Below are positions 48,236 through 53,172 of a stretch of DNA of 53,172 bases, piece by piece. The notes beneath the pieces were generated by a model that worked only from the letters and a program-made list of their open reading frames with translations, did no database searches and was not told the origin of the DNA. The stretch lies in contig NW_003526940.1 in the NCBI RefSeq assembly GCF_000181795.1, positions 2,929,011 to 2,982,182 of the forward strand. Reading direction: 5' to 3'. The position numbers were made by a program, and so were the translations under genes. The DNA is from Trichinella spiralis. Its lineage: Eukaryota. Numbering within the stretch: position 1 is the first letter of the stretch; the number at the start of each line of letters is the position of its first letter.

Positions 48236-48779
48236 AGGAATGACAACAAATGAAATTTACAGGCACGCGTCAGAGCAGCAACCAATGAAATTTTACTGCA
48301 AAAAAGTAGGCGGAGTCAGTGGGGAAATCAGTACTAGACCCTTTGATGTCACCTTTGGTACGCCATTTGTGGATAAATTAGAATTTTGTTGGCGCCAGAT
48401 TCCAGATTTTTGCAACAGATTATCGATTTTCCAACATATTACCTGGAAGTGGACACTGAATCGAGATAACAAATTTGAACAAACGAAACATTCAGTTATA
48501 ACCCTTAGGAAAGGGTTGACACCTATGATGTGACACGGGCTCCATGCCATAATCAGAATGGACGACATTCTGATGAACAGTATTTGAAGTCTCAGGTAGA
48601 AGAAAAATTTCTTTTCTTGTTCTGTTCCTTGTTCTCATTATGTCTGATAATTCTGAATTCTTGCCTCTTGTAACCAAACGTTCCGGAAAATTGTCCCTTT
48701 TTTGCTGATGATGCTCCAAAGTGTATGCTCATTGTGCAACATGTCCATTGTTATTAAGGATTAGTTTATTTTGGTATAG

Positions 48780-49000
48780 GATGAAGAAGGCTACGGTTGC
48801 TATCAGTCAGAAAGATCACATTGAAGGGTGCCCAGTTGATGAGCACATTGCTTATAAAATGGAAAGGAAGACAACTAGAAAGAAAAGCTGCGCAGAAAAA
48901 GCGACACCCATCTTCGCTATTTATGATGATGAAGCGTCTGCTGATCTGTCCACCTCTTGCCAGTTCTCGGGTTTTAAATGTGTGAAATTTACAATGTAGT
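48780..49000 (+). pseudogene. MULE family-2 exon-2 fragment
   Basis: TTGGTATAG| acceptor, then ISQKDHIEGCPVDEHIAYKMERK...IYDDEASA, homologous to 44630-44938. Confidence 0.8.
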
Positions 49001-49294
49001 GCAACCCGGAAAATTCTGTTGTGCCTAATGATTGAGCTGATTTAATGCAGCCTTCCAAGTTGCAATTTTGTATTACATTTATTTTTCATCCGTTTTACTT
49101 TGTATATAACTTCATCAAATTAACAAATAAATTTATAGAAAGCAAACTGTTGAACAAGTTCTTCGAAATGCTGAATAGTACACAAATAATATTGAGAACA
49201 GATCAGTTTAGCTTAAAGCAAAGCAAATTTCATAGGCTGACCAGAGAAAAATGTAACCAAAAGATAATTCCTTTTTAAGCTTATAATTATGAAA

Positions 49295-50908
49295 TTCTTC
49301 ATCAAGGATTCTATAAATCGCTTCATCGCGGGATCATCTGTCCAGTCGTCGGCGGTCGGCAGGATCCCCCGCTCTCTGGCGGTTCTCGCGCTTGTTTGTT
49401 GCATCTCATTCGAGCAGCGCATTCAGGGCCTATCCCGCTTTCCTCTTTAGAAAATCCTCTTTGCGATGTCCCTTCTGCAAGCAGACAATGCTAAAATGGA
49501 GCCTCTGCACACGATGCCATCTCTCCGGCACAGGGTGTCTCATGAACCGCGGACAATTGTCGGTCAAATGATCCCCGCCACACTCGAAACACTCCGATCC
49601 ATATTGCACGGGTCCAACGCGGTCCTGAACCATAATTCAGACTCTCTTTTCTCATACTCCGGCTTGTCCTTCTTCAGAGTAGCTTTCGTTCGAGTTGCGT
49701 TGTCCGATTCTCTGATCCTGGCTTGATCTAACAAAAAGGCGAGAAACTCATCCGACGTGATCTCATCATACATCTTGCCCGTGACGAAGCCCTTTCAGTC
49801 GGTTACGACCCCAGATCGAAGTTTCTTCTTTGTTATGAGCAAAAGTGGGTAAAAAGTGAGTGAAGGCAAAAGTGGCCGTTCAGGCCACTAATCACATTTT
49901 TCCCATGAGCATTCAGCTGTATAAAGTGCCTATTCAGCTCATTATGCAGTCTCGTCAGCTGTGCAGCTCCGTCGTGCGTGTACGACTTTAATCCAACCAG
50001 GCTCAACTGCGGGAATATCCATGACTCTCCACGAAGTCCTGCAGTCGGTGAAATCGATTCTTGAGTGGCGCACAAACCGTCACACCTTCAATTGCCTTCA
50101 ACGCCGGACCAGACAAACATGATCTCAGATAGTGGAGCTTTGTGATGTTGATTAGTTCTTCCCTTAGATGGACATGCCTCAACTTGGTCCCAAAACAATT
50201 TAACTGCAGTATGTCGTTATCAGACTTCGGCGGCGAATCCTCCTTCAGCTGTGGTTTCTGTTGTGAGGCATCGCCCACTTCCTCCTCATTTAAGATAGTC
50301 GCAGCCTCGATACGCGTCATGGACACTTCTTTCACCAGTGACCACCATTCTTTAAGCAGCGCTTCAAGAACGTCTTTGTCTGGAAGAGCGTCTTCTGACG
50401 GAACCTGAGCTCTATGTGCCTCTGCATACTGCGCATACAGGACGCACGATCGGCTGATCACGCCTTTCTAACGTCTCTGGTCGAGAATTAAGCGCCTTTT
50501 CACAGTTTCTGCTTTAATCTCAAAACAAATCTTACTTCCGTCATCTCGGTTCGTGGCACCAAATTATGTTGAGAATAATCGGGTCTATGATTCTCAAGGT
50601 TAATCCAACCGTACGCGAGACAGTTGGGTATAGATAATTGAATCGTTGGCCCTTTTCCGGCTTAGAGGAGTTAGCTGTAATTCCAAAACAACGAAACACA
50701 CGGAAGTTGAGCAATCAGACGCAGTCGCACTCAAAACCGTAAAAGCAATCAATCTATCGCACGCCATCAGCATATACATCAGGGGTGCGCAATCTGCAAT
50801 GAACGATGCTAAATTGAAAAAATTTTCGGGAAAACAAAATATTTCTTCTTATGCACGTCATTCCATGCTTTTGGAATTGGCGTAAACGAGGTCGTAGGTT
50901 GATTTACA
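49295..50908 (-). mobile_element. BEL/Pao retrotransposon 2, old and deleted (5' LTR, PBS, decayed gag)
   Basis: The LTR 3' end ...CTCAACA maps to 50567; its outer end is uncertain, about 50908. PBS-like TGGTGCCACGAACCGAGAT at 50561-50543. Fragmented gag includes TKLHYLRSCLSGPALKAIEGV, FLAFLLDQAR, CFECGGDHLTDNC and CLQKGH. Confidence 0.82.
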
Positions 50909-51556
50909 TGGAAATGTATTACAGAACAGGAAATACTTAGAAAAAATGAAAGTATATGAGTAAAAAATATCAAAACATTCAAATCAGCTTTATTTACATT
51001 GAAAAGTCACTCTTTGATCTTCTTAATTTTGCATTTTCTAATTAAAAGATGATCAACAACAGCTTTTGAACTTCCAAAAAAGATTTCAAAATGCTTTCTC
51101 TGATATGGAAATGAATTATAGAAAAAGAAATAATTAGAAAAATGAAAGTATATGAGTGCCGCGAATAATATGGCTATATGTAGTTAAAATTGCAGTACAG
51201 AGAACAATTAGCAAGAGACTGATTGACAAAACGGCGTACGCGCGCAAACAGAAACAACTTAGTTATTCAAATTGAATAACAATATTAGAATTAGGGTATA
51301 AAAATCAGGTGAGTTGGATATAAGTTACAGTAATATTTCATATGGCACTTTAACAACTACAACTCCAAATAGTTACGACACGGTATTAAACCGAACAAAA
51401 AATACAGGATCACAAAACTTTATGTGTGTCAAAGAAACCGTCTAAAATTCGCAGCATGGAAAAATTTCACTAATTGCATCATACAGTACTTGAAACCGGA
51501 AGTTATCCTTTTAATTAACGTGAACAAATAATATAAAAGTAACATTGAAAAGACTG

Positions 51557-51935
51557 TGTAACGAGCGAAACAACAAGTCACTCGTCTCCGATGTTAGTGG
51601 ACTGTATGTCTGAGTTGTTATTGCAAGGCCGGGAGTGTCCACTGTGTTAGACAATCCGACTTATAAGGCGACAACTGTTATTTAAAAACTCGATTGAGTG
51701 TCAAACAGTTTACTCAAGAAAATAACACTGAGCCGGAGATAATCAGACAAGAAATCAAAGAATAACACACCAAGAAAAGCAAAACACGCTAAAGGCAAAC
51801 TACTAACAACGACAAGCCACGACACTATACGCCAGCAACCCAAAAAATCCCCTATTACGTCACTTCCGGGTCTACCGTATTATTAATGACACTCAGGTTC
51901 TCTGTTGAATACAGACCCCATTTCTGTCGTCTACA
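51557..51935 (-). repeat. 3' LTR of BEL/Pao element 3 (about 379 bp)
   Basis: Begins TGTAGACG immediately after the polypurine tract GGGGGGGAGGA (51946-51936). Best-fitting end is ...CGTTACA at 51557, inferred without the 5' LTR. Confidence 0.72.
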
Positions 51936-53172
51936 TCCTCCCCCCCGGATGGGGGTGTCTTACGCCCATCACTGACAGTTGCCGGTTCGAGTTGAACAAG
52001 CTTCGCCACTGGCCGCGTGATCACGTTGTTCGACGTCCGGATCCTGGCTGATCTCGCTATGCCATCGCTGCCAAAGTGCAATTCCGTAATCACGCCGATC
52101 GGACACTGGACTCGCGGGATGTTGTCCTCCAGGATCAACACCAAATCGTTCACTTCTGGCCCGGCTGGGGAAGATCTCCATTTCTGTCGCTGCATCAGTT
52201 CCGACAGATATTCTCGTCTCCAACTTCGCCACCATTTCGCGAGGAGCTGCTGACGGTATCGCCATCGGTCACTCCATTGCGGGGGGCCGCGTCCTACTGG
52301 CTGCCATTCTGGGTCATGGGCTTCAACTGCCGGGAAGTCCACGTACGCACGACCGGTCAGCAACTGAAACGGTGATAAAGGGTGGCGTTCGTGGTCTTCA
52401 TCCCCCACGAATGTCAGTGGTCTGGCGTTGAGGGAGGCTTCTACTTCACAGAGAGTTGTTCTGAGTTCTTCTTCATCAAGAAGCGCTTTTCCGAGGATCT
52501 TCCGCAACGATTCCTTGATCGAGCGGACGAGGCGTTCCCAGTAGCCTCCCATCCACGGGGCTCTCTCCGTGATGAATTTCCAGTGGATGCGGTGGCCTAC
52601 CAGCTCACGCTGGACTCGGTCCACGTCCACGTGTCGCCAGAGTTGCCTCAACTCTGACGCGGCGGCTTTGAAGGAGCGGAAATTATCCGATTGGATAATC
52701 TCCGGTCTTCCTCGCCGGGCGATGAACCGCCGGAGCGCTTGCATCACTCTGGCCGTCGTCATCTGAGGGACCAGTTCTAAGTGCACTGCCCGGGATGCCA
52801 TGCACGTAAACAAGCACACATAGCACTTGGAAGTGGCCCTTTTTCCGACACGAATGAGCAATGGCCCCGCGAAATCCATCCCAGTGTGAGCGAAAGCAGC
52901 GGCTTCGACCACTCGACTGGATGGCAAGGCCGCCATTTTCGGCTGAATCGGTCTGGCCATTGCACGCCGACAAGCAAAACAGTGCCGGATTACTTTCTTC
53001 ACTTGGGTGCGCCCTTTCAACACCCAATATTGCTGTCTTAAAATTGCCAGCGTATGCGTGGTCCCAGCGTGCAGCTGCCGTGCGTGGCAGCGTTTAATCA
53101 GACCCATCGTCAGGGCGTGGTCTCCAGGCAGGATCACCGGGTGTTTCATGTGTGATGGCAACTCTGCGTTCT
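51893..53172 (-). CDS. BEL/Pao pol C-terminus: integrase (element 3, runs off the right edge)
   Basis: Open for more than 420 aa with a HHCC zinc finger (H-ARQL-H...CFAC), DDE core (GMDFAGP, SDNF, YWERLVRS) and DUF5641-like tail (WWRSWRREYL, DGIARSARIRT, RPVAKL). The stop lies inside the 3' LTR. Confidence 0.95.
   Translation of the reverse strand, partial: NAELPSHMKHPVILPGDHALTMGLIKRCHARQLHAGTTHTLAILRQQYWVLKGRTQVKKVIRHCFACRRAMARPIQPKMAALPSSRVVEAAAFAHTGMDFAGPLLIRVGKRATSKCYVCLFTCMASRAVHLELVPQMTTARVMQALRRFIARRGRPEIIQSDNFRSFKAAASELRQLWRHVDVDRVQRELVGHRIHWKFITERAPWMGGYWERLVRSIKESLRKILGKALLDEEELRTTLCEVEASLNARPLTFVGDEDHERHPLSPFQLLTGRAYVDFPAVEAHDPEWQPVGRGPPQWSDRWRYRQQLLAKWWRSWRREYLSELMQRQKWRSSPAGPEVNDLVLILEDNIPRVQCPIGVITELHFGSDGIARSARIRTSNNVITRPVAKLVQLEPATVSDGRKTPPSGGEDVDDRNGVCIQQRT

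Noticed and set aside
48063..48285. ORFs with FYLSNFIS repeats, or a CRISPR-like array
   Set aside because: These are translations of a 24-bp minisatellite with no unique spacers, in a eukaryotic context.
50937..51158. About 25-bp direct repeat TTAGAAAAA(A)TGAAAGTATATGAGT
   Set aside because: It is a short local duplication in AT-rich DNA with no associated element structure.
51969..53097. Overlapping alternative-frame and antisense ORFs in BEL regions (also 23989-25783)
   Set aside because: They are shadows of GC-rich retroelement coding sequence with no motifs of their own.

Overview
AT-rich, intron-containing nematode DNA, almost certainly Trichinella (inferred from its gene families). 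It is a draft scaffold with N-gaps at 8394-8403, 22773-22782, 45204-45213 and 45774-46147. (1) 1-22 kb: a head-to-tail tandem array of six-exon, signal-peptide-bearing DNase II-like genes of the Trichinella gp43/plancitoxin-like family. There are four complete, spliceable copies (347-350 aa), two 3' partial copies, an orphan exon 1 and three decayed exon-5(-6) relics. In every copy where the motif regions are readable, the PLD-type catalytic HxK motifs are replaced (S-N-S-K-G and D-V-S-Q/H-W), and the copies are mosaics of one another. (2) 29.3-33.0 kb, minus strand: a six-exon secreted two-domain relative of the Trichinella multi-cystatin-like-domain protein MCD-1. One linker exon visibly arose from a tandem duplication. 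(3) Transposons throughout: three BEL/Pao LTR elements plus a solo LTR with a 5-bp TSD, two piggyBac derivatives, Tigger/pogo elements, a hAT MITE with an 8-bp TSD, and several intron-containing FLYWCH-MULE relics, including a 3-kb unit with about 375-bp inverted ends and a 9-bp TSD. The most unusual observations are the putative pseudo-nuclease/pseudo-cystatin effector cluster, a non-coding module shared upstream of unrelated piggyBac and MULE start codons, and a 14-mer conserved at the same position in two dissimilar BEL LTRs. No rRNA, tRNA or CRISPR was seen. All family assignments come from motif recognition and recall, not database searches.
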